Shown: positions 48,800 through 56,668, counted from the first letter of the stretch. The stretch is DNA of 64,000 bases from a virus (IMGVR_UViG_3300037631_006232:64001-128000), one strand, 5' to 3'. Translations and numbers: made by a program. Notes: a model not told the origin generated them from the letters alone.

Positions 48800-49424
48800 T
48801 GTCCCCTAGAGGATCTTCTAGTTCGTGGCTAAACCAATAAGGCTCCGTGAATACTTTAAAAGGAGGTCGCTCCGGACTATTAGTTCCTAAAGAAGTATGC
48901 TCGTACCTAACTTTGTTGTTAGGTCCGCAGCATAGCGCCCCTGTTTTGTCGTCAAAAAAGAAGTTCTTTTGTTTATGCTCTGTCCAGTAAATAGCTTCTG
49001 TGTAATCTATACCAGAGTTCATTTCGGGTGGTCTATAATCTATAGTAAACAAGTAGTTACCCCGCACAGTAGTCTTAGTACGAGTCTGCATAGAAACAGG
49101 AGAGTTTACTAACATAGCTTTAACGTAGATTTGTATATTGTCGCTCAAACAATCCCACCAAGCAATATCGGTTAAGTGTATCTCGGTCTCTGGAGAAGAG
49201 TCTCTACAGAAGATAGCGCACTGCATAACTTTATCGTAGCAAGCGTTATATTTTGGGAGGTACACTTCAAACAAGGGCGGTTCGTACCTAGTGGCTCGGA
49301 CTCCAACCAAGTAGCCTTCTAACATGTTTTCATCTTTACCAAAGATGAACTGATCGCTGCCTTTGAGAAAGCTTTCTTTTACCCATACCCTAGTGTATGG
49401 GAGATTCTGATACATCATATGCAA
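48759..49424 (-). CDS. Conserved phage hypothetical protein
   Basis: NLP...WDC.S...YLFTID...EHK...PNN pattern recalled from marine phage proteins. Confidence 0.75.
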   Translation of the reverse strand: MHMMYQNLPYTRVWVKESFLKGSDQFIFGKDENMLEGYLVGVRATRYEPPLFEVYLPKYNACYDKVMQCAIFCRDSSPETEIHLTDIAWWDCLSDNIQIYVKAMLVNSPVSMQTRTKTTVRGNYLFTIDYRPPEMNSGIDYTEAIYWTEHKQKNFFFDDKTGALCCGPNNKVRYEHTSLGTNSPERPPFKVFTEPYWFSHELEDPLGDTNEFDYLQQTEEE

Positions 49425-49439
49425 AACTCCTATGCAGCT

Positions 49440-49468
49440 AAGTTACTAGGCTACTAGGTACTTTGCAA
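49440..49468 (-). promoter_or_regulatory. sigma70-like promoter
   Basis: TTGCAA-N17-TAACTT on the minus strand. Confidence 0.4.
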
Positions 49469-49501
49469 GCTAAAAAAACCTGCTCTCACCAGGTTCTTTT
49501 T
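49468..49501 (-). terminator. Repeated hairpin/junction element
   Basis: agctaaaaaaacctgctctcaccaggttctttt. Confidence 0.8.
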
Positions 49502-49814
49502 ACTTGGAGAAGAACTCCAAGTTTAGGTTTAAGGGTTTGCCCACCCAGATTCCCTTCTGGTGAGAGTTTATCTCATCTTCAGGGTTGTCTAGGTGAACTA
49601 GGAAGCTCATGGAGGGGTCTAGGGCTACCCAGTCCTCCATCCATTTTTCAATCCACTTTGATAGGGGTCTTTTGGCAACTAAGCCTATTTGCCCCTTCGG
49701 GTGCGGACCCACGGGTCCGTCTTCGTCTTCTAAGATAGAGAGACCTGGTTCCTGCTTAAGCAAGTACCGAGCAGCCTCTTTCCTAGAGGACCCGTAAATA
49801 TGTATGTGGTACAT
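49500..49814 (-). CDS. Hypothetical cassette gene
   Basis: AAGGAGG RBS. Confidence 0.8.
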   Translation of the reverse strand: MYHIHIYGSSRKEAARYLLKQEPGLSILEDEDGPVGPHPKGQIGLVAKRPLSKWIEKWMEDWVALDPSMSFLVHLDNPEDEINSHQKGIWVGKPLNLNLEFFSK

Positions 49815-49848
49815 ATTTACCTCCTTAAAGATAAAGGTTATTAACAGT

Positions 49849-49882
49849 TACTTATGCCATATTTGATAAACATATTTGCGTG
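49849..49882 (-). promoter_or_regulatory. Conserved phage promoter
   Basis: CACGCAAA-N15-TGGCATAAGTA. Confidence 0.8.
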
Positions 49883-49943
49883 TTACTTTAACACCTAAAA
49901 AAGACCTGCAAGGATTCTCACGAATGCTTACAAGCCTAAACCT

Positions 49944-50522
49944 TTACCGACGCCCTTTACGTTTGTCGGCTAAGGTTTTTCCATGGGGCTTTTGCGAACC
50001 ACGTCGTCCCTTTCGGGTTGGTGCAGTCCACAAAGCCTTTCGGTGAGGAGCGGGATACCTGTCCTCAAACTGAGACTCAAATCCTGTGATGTCCGCCATA
50101 TACGAGTTGGCTTGGATAAATCCAAGCCACTCCCAGTAGCGGTAATCTTCACGGAACTCTAGCATATCAACTGAGAGTCCCATCACCCCTCGTTCATCCC
50201 CCCATAGCTCTAAACTAGACTCACGAATGTAAGTCCATCTCACAGAGTTATCAGGGAGTTGATGAAGGAAGTACTGAGTACCTCCGGAGCTTGTGTAGCC
50301 CCAGCATTCGCCTTCATCAACCTCAACTTGATACCAAAGGTTCCACCCGCAAGGATAGTCCCAATGTTCCTCGGTGGTTTTAAAAAGCTCGTGCTCTAGG
50401 TCAATAAGACCCATCACACCCTCGAAACCGATTGGAGTACCAGGTACCCATACATTGAAAATGTAATGGGAGAGGATGGTGGTTGCAGGCCCCCACCCAT
50501 TAAGCGAAAAGAAAAACTCCAT
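49944..50522 (-). CDS. Trp-rich hypothetical cassette gene with basic tail
   Basis: AAGGAGG RBS. Confidence 0.8.
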   Translation of the reverse strand: MEFFFSLNGWGPATTILSHYIFNVWVPGTPIGFEGVMGLIDLEHELFKTTEEHWDYPCGWNLWYQVEVDEGECWGYTSSGGTQYFLHQLPDNSVRWTYIRESSLELWGDERGVMGLSVDMLEFREDYRYWEWLGFIQANSYMADITGFESQFEDRYPAPHRKALWTAPTRKGRRGSQKPHGKTLADKRKGRR

Positions 50523-50558
50523 GATTATTACCTCCTTAAGGATAGAGTTTTGTTCAAA

Positions 50559-50590
50559 TACTTATGCCTGATTAGGTAGTATATTTGCGT
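50559..50590 (-). promoter_or_regulatory. Conserved phage promoter
   Basis: CGCAAA-N14-AGGCATAAGTA. Confidence 0.75.
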
Positions 50591-50619
50591 AGAAGCTATA
50601 CTTATACTAGGAGGTAAGT

Positions 50620-51450
50620 ATGCAGTATGAAGTAGCAATGAAAGAAGTTAAGCTAGCCATTGTATTACTAGATATTATCGGTAGTACTAAGTACGTACAG
50701 CGCGCAGGTGCTGTACAAGCTGCTAAGTTATTTCAAATACATGACCGCCTAGCTCGTAGTTTAATCTACAAGTTTAACGGTAGGGAGATAGATAGGAGTG
50801 ATGGTTTCTTGTGTTCTTTTGAGCGTACTGTAGATGCTGTTAATTTTGCACTACATTACCAGAAGACCATACCTCCTAAAACAGGCTTAGGATGTAGGAT
50901 AGGAATACATTGGGGCACTGTAATAGAAGTGCAGCAGGACGATGTGTTTGTAGCGGCCAACGCTAAGCGCATAGAATTAGAAGGTATTAGTAAAAACATT
51001 GCTGCTAGAACTATGAGTCTATGTGGCAAAGGGCAAGTACTACTTACCAAAGAATCTATGCAAGCTGTTCGCGGCAGAACTAACATGCATACTCCTAAGA
51101 GTACGCGTTATGTATGTGTGGGATTGTACAAGTTTAAAGGTGTTAGTAAGCCTCAAGAGATATACGCAGTAGGTGAGACCTTAGAAAGCTTACAACCCCC
51201 CCTAGGTAGTGAGAAGGTAAAGAGGCTTGGAGGTCCTAATAAGATAAAGCAGCGTGCTAAGGATAGAAAAATGTGGGATTGGTTATGGTGGTTTACACTA
51301 CGGGCTGGGCTACTATGCTTCTTGGTACTTGTGTACTTGTTGCTACCCGTACTGCTGGATCCTTCGGAACGTTTCTTTTATGGTATTGAGGGATTTGAGT
51401 GGTTGGATTCTATAGTTAGTTATTTAAAAGGACTAGAGGTAAGTAAATGA
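50620..51450 (+). CDS. Class III nucleotidyl cyclase domain protein with C-terminal TM
   Basis: LLDIIGST, DRSDG, RIGIHWG, NIAAR, GQVLLT, FKG motifs; AGGAGG RBS. Confidence 0.88.
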   Translation: MQYEVAMKEVKLAIVLLDIIGSTKYVQRAGAVQAAKLFQIHDRLARSLIYKFNGREIDRSDGFLCSFERTVDAVNFALHYQKTIPPKTGLGCRIGIHWGTVIEVQQDDVFVAANAKRIELEGISKNIAARTMSLCGKGQVLLTKESMQAVRGRTNMHTPKSTRYVCVGLYKFKGVSKPQEIYAVGETLESLQPPLGSEKVKRLGGPNKIKQRAKDRKMWDWLWWFTLRAGLLCFLVLVYLLLPVLLDPSERFFYGIEGFEWLDSIVSYLKGLEVSK

Positions 51451-51935
51451 GTACACAAGCAAATCTAAGCAACAAGCAGCAAAAGCAGTTAGATAAAGCT
51501 AGGCGTGGTTGGTGGTTTAGTGTTATCTTTTTAACCATGGTAGTAGGTCTTATTCTTTTCTTAACTTATGTAAAAATAGTTGACGAAAATAGAGATGTGC
51601 TTATAGGTATACTAGGCGTTATTACAGGTAGTATTTCTAGCATGATGGCTATTGCTAGTGGTAGAGATCCTTCCGAGGTTGAGGAGCTAAAAGATAAGTT
51701 ATCAGCAGCCAATGCAGACAGAACTGCTTTGATCTCTAGGTTACGGGATGCGCAGATACAGCTGGAGCTAAGAACTCAGCAAATATGTGAACTACAAGAA
51801 TCTGTGATAGAGAAGCTAAGTGTGTTTGCAGGACAGAATCCAATACGTACTAGGTCTCCTGATGATGTAGTGCTTCCTCCTCAAGTATCTGAGTGGTTGC
51901 CGGCCTCTAAAAGAGATGACGAGTTTGATAGCTAA
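51447..51935 (+). CDS. 2TM plus coiled-coil protein coupled to the cyclase
   Basis: ATGA overlap, two hydrophobic helices, coiled coil. Confidence 0.8.
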   Translation: MSTQANLSNKQQKQLDKARRGWWFSVIFLTMVVGLILFLTYVKIVDENRDVLIGILGVITGSISSMMAIASGRDPSEVEELKDKLSAANADRTALISRLRDAQIQLELRTQQICELQESVIEKLSVFAGQNPIRTRSPDDVVLPPQVSEWLPASKRDDEFDS

Positions 51936-51967
51936 AAAAACCGTCTCTCACCCGGTTTTCTTTTTTT
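51930..51967 (-). terminator. Repeated bidirectional hairpin/junction element
   Basis: Hairpin identical to the 45627 element. Confidence 0.8.
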
Positions 51968-52112
51968 ACAGCCCCCCAAGCACCCCCCACATATGTAGGA
52001 GCTTGACGCCCCCAACAAAGGCTGTTACCAATAGCAGCAGAACAATTTGCACCATGATAAGCGTAGCGATCAACTCGCCACAAGCCTCTCGAATCAGTCT
52101 TTCTTTTCTCAT
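51966..52112 (-). CDS. 48-aa single-TM cassette protein (MRKERLIREACGELIATLIMV...)
   Basis: AGGAG RBS, promoter upstream, terminator downstream. Confidence 0.75.
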   Translation of the reverse strand: MRKERLIREACGELIATLIMVQIVLLLLVTAFVGGVKLLHMWGVLGGL

Positions 52113-52173
52113 AATGTATCTCCTATGAGAAAGGGTTAATGCAGTAGTTCAGAACCATTCTTTGTACTGCATT

Positions 52174-52204
52174 TACTTATGCCCTATTTACCTTAGTATT
52201 TGCG
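52174..52204 (-). promoter_or_regulatory. Conserved phage promoter
   Basis: CGCAAA-N14-GGGCATAAGTA. Confidence 0.75.
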
Positions 52205-52267
52205 CATCTTTGGGAGCTAAAAAAACCGTTCGGGATTCTCACGAATGCCTACTAGGTTTGCCTTCCT

Positions 52268-52546
52268 TTATAGTCCGAAATTATCTTTCGGAAGTTTGGA
52301 GGGGCTATGTTTGGAGCGCAGAATATCTCTCAAGAGATACTGCACTCCGACTTCGCAACGAGTACGTGCGAGTGGGTTGCACTCGCTGCAGGTTGCACAA
52401 TGGAGCGCCCAAGTAGGGTGCTCCAACTTTTCCTCTAACTGCTGGAGCGTTAGAAGCTCCAGCTTTTTTACTTGTTTTATTTCTTTGAGGTTTTTTATAC
52501 CCCAAAGAACGCCTAAGCAAAGTAAAGTATAACTTACTAACAACAT
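52268..52546 (-). CDS. Membrane-anchored Zn-finger-like cassette protein
   Basis: N-terminal TM; HCATCSEC...C. Confidence 0.7.
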   Translation of the reverse strand: MLLVSYTLLCLGVLWGIKNLKEIKQVKKLELLTLQQLEEKLEHPTWALHCATCSECNPLARTRCEVGVQYLLRDILRSKHSPSKLPKDNFGL

Positions 52547-52583
52547 GATTTATCTCCCTTCTATGCATATTAGTTTGTTCAAA

Positions 52584-52616
52584 TACTTATGCCATATATA
52601 GCTGTGGATTTGTGTA
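52584..52616 (-). promoter_or_regulatory. Conserved phage promoter
   Basis: CACAAA-N14-TGGCATAAGTA. Confidence 0.8.
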
Positions 52617-52717
52617 GCTTTGCGAGCTAAAAAACATAGCGGCAATGCTACTATGCTTCTTTACCCTTTGCTCCAGGAGCTCACTACTTCACGGGATTTT
52701 GTGAGTAGCTTTGCTGA

Positions 52718-53245
52718 TTAGACGAACATACTTAAATGCTCGTCTTTGTCCAGCTTCACTTTGGGGAAGTAAAACTTCTTCCAGGCGAAGCTGGCTCCAT
52801 TGGGCTTTGCCCAAAAGTGCACGGGGAGTTTAACCCCCTTCACCTCCAGGCTGACATGCCATTGGATAAGCCCCTCTTCGATGAGGGTTTGTCCAATGGT
52901 ATGGGTGATTTTGGGGAAAGGAAGCACAAAAGTTTGAGTCAGCCAACGCTTTTGGCATTCCTTCTTCGCTTTCTTTGCTTCCTTTCGGAAGGTTTTCACC
53001 GCTGCCGGGTAGTCCTCCTCCTTATCAGGGTAAGGGAATGGAAGATCTCCAGGCCAAGACAACAAGAACCACGCTTCCTCAAACGCTTTCTTCACAGCGG
53101 CAGGGGCGTCTGCGATGTTGCAGAACCCTCCCACTCGAATGTCCGAAGACCATCCTGGGATTGAGTTGCAAGCAACAATTTCAGGCATGTCGTCTTTCAA
53201 TACCTGACGGATAAGCTCCGCTGGGCTTTGAGTAGTGTTACTCAT
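52718..53245 (-). CDS. Hypothetical cassette gene
   Basis: AAGGAG RBS. Confidence 0.8.
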   Translation of the reverse strand: MSNTTQSPAELIRQVLKDDMPEIVACNSIPGWSSDIRVGGFCNIADAPAAVKKAFEEAWFLLSWPGDLPFPYPDKEEDYPAAVKTFRKEAKKAKKECQKRWLTQTFVLPFPKITHTIGQTLIEEGLIQWHVSLEVKGVKLPVHFWAKPNGASFAWKKFYFPKVKLDKDEHLSMFV

Positions 53246-53283
53246 GATCTTTTCTCCTTTCTGAGTGTATTTATAAGATCAAA

Positions 53284-53313
53284 TACTTATGCCAGAAAAG
53301 AGAAGTTATTTTG
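53284..53313 (-). promoter_or_regulatory. Conserved phage promoter
   Basis: CAAA-N15-TGGCATAAGTA, near-identical to the 46059 copy. Confidence 0.75.
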
Positions 53314-53315
53314 GT

Positions 53316-53404
53316 AGCTAAAAGAAAAGCTTCATCGGCTGGTTGGTTTAATTACCAGTACTAACTCCCTCAGGAACCAGTACCGCTTATTAGCTTTTCT
53401 TTTT
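53316..53404 (-). terminator. Long hairpin terminator with AGCTAAA junction
   Basis: aagaaaagct...agcttttctt outer stem with inner ctggtt/aaccag. Confidence 0.55.
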
Positions 53405-53471
53405 ACCTAACACACATAGCACCCTAGGATTTTAGAGTGCTTTACAGCAGCAGCAGCAGGTATAAGGATTG

Positions 53472-53975
53472 TTAGTCCTTTTTACCTGCTAGAGCATGCT
53501 CTTTCCAAATCGCCTCGGCTTCGGCTTTCGCCTCAGCGTTGTTTGGATCATTGAAGAAAGGGTCAAACAATTCCCGTGGAGCCACCACACCGGCCAGCGA
53601 GCCGTATGCGGTCCATAGGATTTTATTAGCTTGACCGATGATAACAATGTTCCGACATTCACGCAAAGGACGGTTGGTCATTCGGCTTTCGCCAGAACGA
53701 TCTCCTCGCACCTGATAGAATACCTCAGGTTCATCCACAGGGCTGTCACCATTAATTGGACCCCAGAGGGCGTCCAACAACGGTGGGCAGGAATCGGGAA
53801 GTTCGAACGAAGCACAGATAAACTCGCCATATTCAAACCCATCCATCACCGACTTGATAAAGGAAGCGTGTTCCTCCGTCAAGCCGTGATCTCCGTGAAC
53901 AATGGTGAACCCATGGACGTCTACTGACGTGCTGTCTCGATGTAGGTCATCACCCGTGAGTTTTACTGAACTCAT
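53472..53975 (-). CDS. Hypothetical cassette gene
   Basis: AAGGAG RBS; GC-richer codon usage. Confidence 0.8.
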   Translation of the reverse strand: MSSVKLTGDDLHRDSTSVDVHGFTIVHGDHGLTEEHASFIKSVMDGFEYGEFICASFELPDSCPPLLDALWGPINGDSPVDEPEVFYQVRGDRSGESRMTNRPLRECRNIVIIGQANKILWTAYGSLAGVVAPRELFDPFFNDPNNAEAKAEAEAIWKEHALAGKKD

Positions 53976-54058
53976 GATACACTCCTTAAAAGTGTCTGTG
54001 CCCGGGAATCTAACCCAGGCGTTACGATCGCAGGGACACCATCATTAGTGTTTGCAAT

Positions 54059-54091
54059 TACTTATGACAAATAGGAGCCCATTTTTGCGTG
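54059..54091 (-). promoter_or_regulatory. Conserved phage promoter
   Basis: CACGCAAA-N14-TGTCATAAGTA. Confidence 0.75.
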
Positions 54092-54163
54092 CTACTCTCG
54101 GAGCTAAAAAGTAGCTTCGACCTCTACTTACAGGCCCTCGTCCTACAACCCGGACGGGTAGGT

Positions 54164-54493
54164 TTAGTGTCTCCGGAGGTAACCCTTCCAGAGCCCTCTA
54201 CCCCACCATCGAGACTGTCGCATCTCGTCTAGGTGGGCTAGAAGTTTTTCCTTAACAGGCCCTTCGGGGTAGTTAAGGAGGAAGGCTTCGTGATCACCTT
54301 CCTTTGGCAAGCCACTTTGGATAGCGGCCGCCAAGAACACTACCTCTGCTGGGAGAGGTAGCTCGGTTTCTATACAAGTCACCGAAGCGAACTTGTATAG
54401 AAGTGTTGTGGCGTCGCACTCACCAGGGAATCCTGGTAATTGCACGACGCCCATCGCCCAATCAAAAGGGCAGTCTGTATTGTACATTCTCAT
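54164..54493 (-). CDS. Hypothetical cassette gene
   Basis: AAGGAG RBS. Confidence 0.75.
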   Translation of the reverse strand: MRMYNTDCPFDWAMGVVQLPGFPGECDATTLLYKFASVTCIETELPLPAEVVFLAAAIQSGLPKEGDHEAFLLNYPEGPVKEKLLAHLDEMRQSRWWGRGLWKGYLRRH

Positions 54494-54522
54494 TTTTTAC
54501 TCCTTAAATGAGTGTTATCACT

Positions 54523-54556
54523 TACTTATGCCACAAAGTGGGTATAGATTTGTGTG
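54523..54556 (-). promoter_or_regulatory. Conserved phage promoter
   Basis: CACACAAA-N15-TGGCATAAGTA. Confidence 0.8.
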
Positions 54557-54650
54557 TATCTATGGGAGCTAAAAAAGTTAATGAAAAGTCTTAGTAAGTA
54601 TTATTCCATAGCAAGACTATTAACTATGGTACTAATGGCGCTTTTGCTTT

Positions 54651-54752
54651 TTACAGCATCCACGCCAAGTCGGTAATTGCTTCGGCGTATTCGCCCACCA
54701 AAGCAAAGGCGGTAGCCGCAGCAACTACTGCAGCTATGATAAAGTATTTGAT
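54651..54752 (-). CDS. 33-aa hydrophobic peptide with ATC at the expected start (non-canonical start or decayed gene)
   Basis: AAGGAA RBS then ATC-AAA-TAC-TTT; has its own promoter. Confidence 0.45.
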   Translation of the reverse strand: MKYFIIAAVVAAATAFALVGEYAEAITDLAWML

Positions 54753-54788
54753 AACGTATTCCTTTCTAAGAATATGTTCATTGTCAAA

Positions 54789-54822
54789 TACTTATGCCAC
54801 AAAATAGGTAGTGATTTGCGTG
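54789..54822 (-). promoter_or_regulatory. Conserved phage promoter
   Basis: CACGCAAA-N15-TGGCATAAGTA; 35 bp identical to the 47454 copy. Confidence 0.8.
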
Positions 54823-54831
54823 ATCTGCACT

Positions 54832-55050
54832 CTAGGTATCTTCTTCAGAATTAGAGTTCTCAGCTATCTCTGTAACTACGATTTCTAATAGGTCTTGCAT
54901 TAGTTGTTCTTCTGCTCGACACACTGCTTTAGTAGTAAGGTAGTTATCTAGTACTTTATCTTTTAGTTTTGAAGCTGCAAGAAGGTCTTCGACCCCTATA
55001 ACCTCAAACACTGAATCTAGTAACTCTGAGAGGCTTATAGTTATATTCAA
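54832..55050 (-). CDS. Hypothetical protein
   Basis: Coupled ORF at end of operon. Confidence 0.65.
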   Translation of the reverse strand: MNITISLSELLDSVFEVIGVEDLLAASKLKDKVLDNYLTTKAVCRAEEQLMQDLLEIVVTEIAENSNSEEDT

Positions 55051-55268
55051 GGATTATTACTTTCTTTAGGCTTGTGCTCTTCATAGCCGTCAAACCAAAC
55101 ACCGAAGTTTTTAGTTCGTAAAACAGCGTCTAGGGAAGTCGCAGTACTGTAAGATGTTTCTGGATCCTTACAATGTGCTCTGGCTTGCTCTAGCGTAAGA
55201 CCTGTTTTTATGATTTGATCTGGAATAGCATCGTTCTCAAATGTTCTAATAATGTAGTAGTTACTCAT
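55047..55268 (-). CDS. Hypothetical phage protein
   Basis: GLTLEQARAHCKDPETS...WFDGY; coupled ORF. Confidence 0.75.
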   Translation of the reverse strand: MSNYYIIRTFENDAIPDQIIKTGLTLEQARAHCKDPETSYSTATSLDAVLRTKNFGVWFDGYEEHKPKESNNP

Positions 55269-55561
55269 TATTTTTTATTTTCTTTCCTAAATTCTTTCAA
55301 AGTTTCTAGGTACTCCGGTAAGAAGCTTCTTGGATACTCGTCTACTATTCTGATTAGTAGTACTACAGCCAAAACCACATGAGTTACCACTTCAGGACTG
55401 ATTAACAGCACTACGGCTAAAAACACAACACTCCCTAAGGTTATCACTGCGCTTAGTACTTTGTCAGTTTTACTTACTAACATAAGTGCTAGATTAACTA
55501 GGTCTCTAATAAAGTCTAGCCCGAACCATAAGGTGGCTAGTAGTAAAATACCTGCTATCAT
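55268..55561 (-). CDS. Small multi-TM protein
   Basis: Three hydrophobic segments. Confidence 0.75.
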   Translation of the reverse strand: MIAGILLLATLWFGLDFIRDLVNLALMLVSKTDKVLSAVITLGSVVFLAVVLLISPEVVTHVVLAVVLLIRIVDEYPRSFLPEYLETLKEFRKENKK

Positions 55562-55809
55562 CTATAGCACCATTTGCTTCTAAGTTTTGAGTAATAAGTA
55601 GTTCTACGTAGCAGAGCCCTGCACTTTTTCTTTTTGTAGTTTTTAGTGCAGTCCCACTCTAGAGACTTATGGAGAGCATCCATAAATTTATTATCATAGG
55701 TAGAGCAGTATGTGGGCACTTCGTGCTCAGCGAAGAAGTACCACTGTTCTTCTGGGTGTTCTAACTCTACTACCATAATTAAAAAACTAAAGATGAGGTG
55801 CGTCATCAA
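55558..55809 (-). CDS. Hypothetical protein
   Basis: Overlapping operon ORF. Confidence 0.65.
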   Translation of the reverse strand: MMTHLIFSFLIMVVELEHPEEQWYFFAEHEVPTYCSTYDNKFMDALHKSLEWDCTKNYKKKKCRALLRRTTYYSKLRSKWCYR

Positions 55810-56137
55810 TAGTTACCAACTCTGGGTATCTCTGGTAGAGGAAGTCTATAGAGAGGAAGTATCTAGCATCATCTACGACCTCTCCTTTAAACAGTTCCAC
55901 TAAGGAATAGAGTTTTGGGTTACTAGACTCTTTGATGTCTATTTTATCCCAATCTACCTTTTGGTTAGTGATAAAGTCACTAACTATAGCATCTAAGAGA
56001 ATTAAGTCTCCTTTGTCTAAGATGATGTTGGGCGTAGGTTGGGTGAGAAGTGCTACTAGGAGAGCGTCCTCTTTAGAAGAGGGCCCTGTTACCCAGTATC
56101 TAAGTTTTAATAATAATAGTTTTAATTTATTAAGCAT
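55787..56137 (-). CDS. Hypothetical protein
   Basis: Operon ORF with AAGGA RBS. Confidence 0.7.
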   Translation of the reverse strand: MLNKLKLLLLKLRYWVTGPSSKEDALLVALLTQPTPNIILDKGDLILLDAIVSDFITNQKVDWDKIDIKESSNPKLYSLVELFKGEVVDDARYFLSIDFLYQRYPELVTIDDAPHL

Positions 56138-56414
56138 CTGATTCCTTCCCTTCGATAACCCCTAGTTTTTCTCCTGCTAGGTCTTTATATAAAGACCATA
56201 GACTTACTAAGGTGGCTCTTAGCTTTTCTCTATGTTCTCCACTGCCCTCGGCAGTCTTGAAGTAAGGGTGATAGAGTAGGGACTCTTCTAGAGTCCGCCC
56301 TAATAGGTGCGTAGTATACCGCACTTCTAGAAGCAAGGCTTCTAGGTGGTATTGCTCACCATCATCGTCTTCTACAATAGTTATTTCTATATTTTGTTTT
56401 TTAGGGTTAGTCAT
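56130..56414 (-). CDS. Hypothetical protein
   Basis: AAGGAG RBS. Confidence 0.7.
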   Translation of the reverse strand: MTNPKKQNIEITIVEDDDGEQYHLEALLLEVRYTTHLLGRTLEESLLYHPYFKTAEGSGEHREKLRATLVSLWSLYKDLAGEKLGVIEGKESDA

Positions 56415-56419
56415 GTTAA

Positions 56420-56668
56420 TTACTCCTTTTTGTCATCTGACGTTAATTCTATACTAAAACTTACTGGGTATAGAGGCTCACCATCCCATACGCCATACTC
56501 ATCTACATAGCCCTTACCGCATAGGTACATATTCTGTGAATCTCCTATGTAGTAAATACCTGTTAAGCCTAGACGACCTCCACGAGGCTTATCTCCTACT
56601 TGTCGATATACCTCAGACGAGTTAGTGTGGGTCTCCCCTGTTTTATACAGTTTTAGTTTATCGCTCAT
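56420..56668 (-). CDS. Hypothetical protein
   Basis: Operon ORF. Confidence 0.7.
   Translation of the reverse strand: MSDKLKLYKTGETHTNSSEVYRQVGDKPRGGRLGLTGIYYIGDSQNMYLCGKGYVDEYGVWDGEPLYPVSFSIELTSDDKKE

Noticed and set aside
50620-51935. Definitive Pycsar or CBASS call
   Set aside because: The partner lacks a visible cyclic-nucleotide-binding domain and the cyclase is TM-anchored; kept only as a hypothesis
45627-54822. Recurring 30-35 bp repeats as a CRISPR array
   Set aside because: Repeats are separated by whole genes of variable length rather than 30-40 bp spacers, and no cas genes are visible
43663-54822. TGGCA motif as a sigma54 -24/-12 promoter
   Set aside because: No conserved TTGC at the required spacing downstream; the second conserved element lies upstream instead
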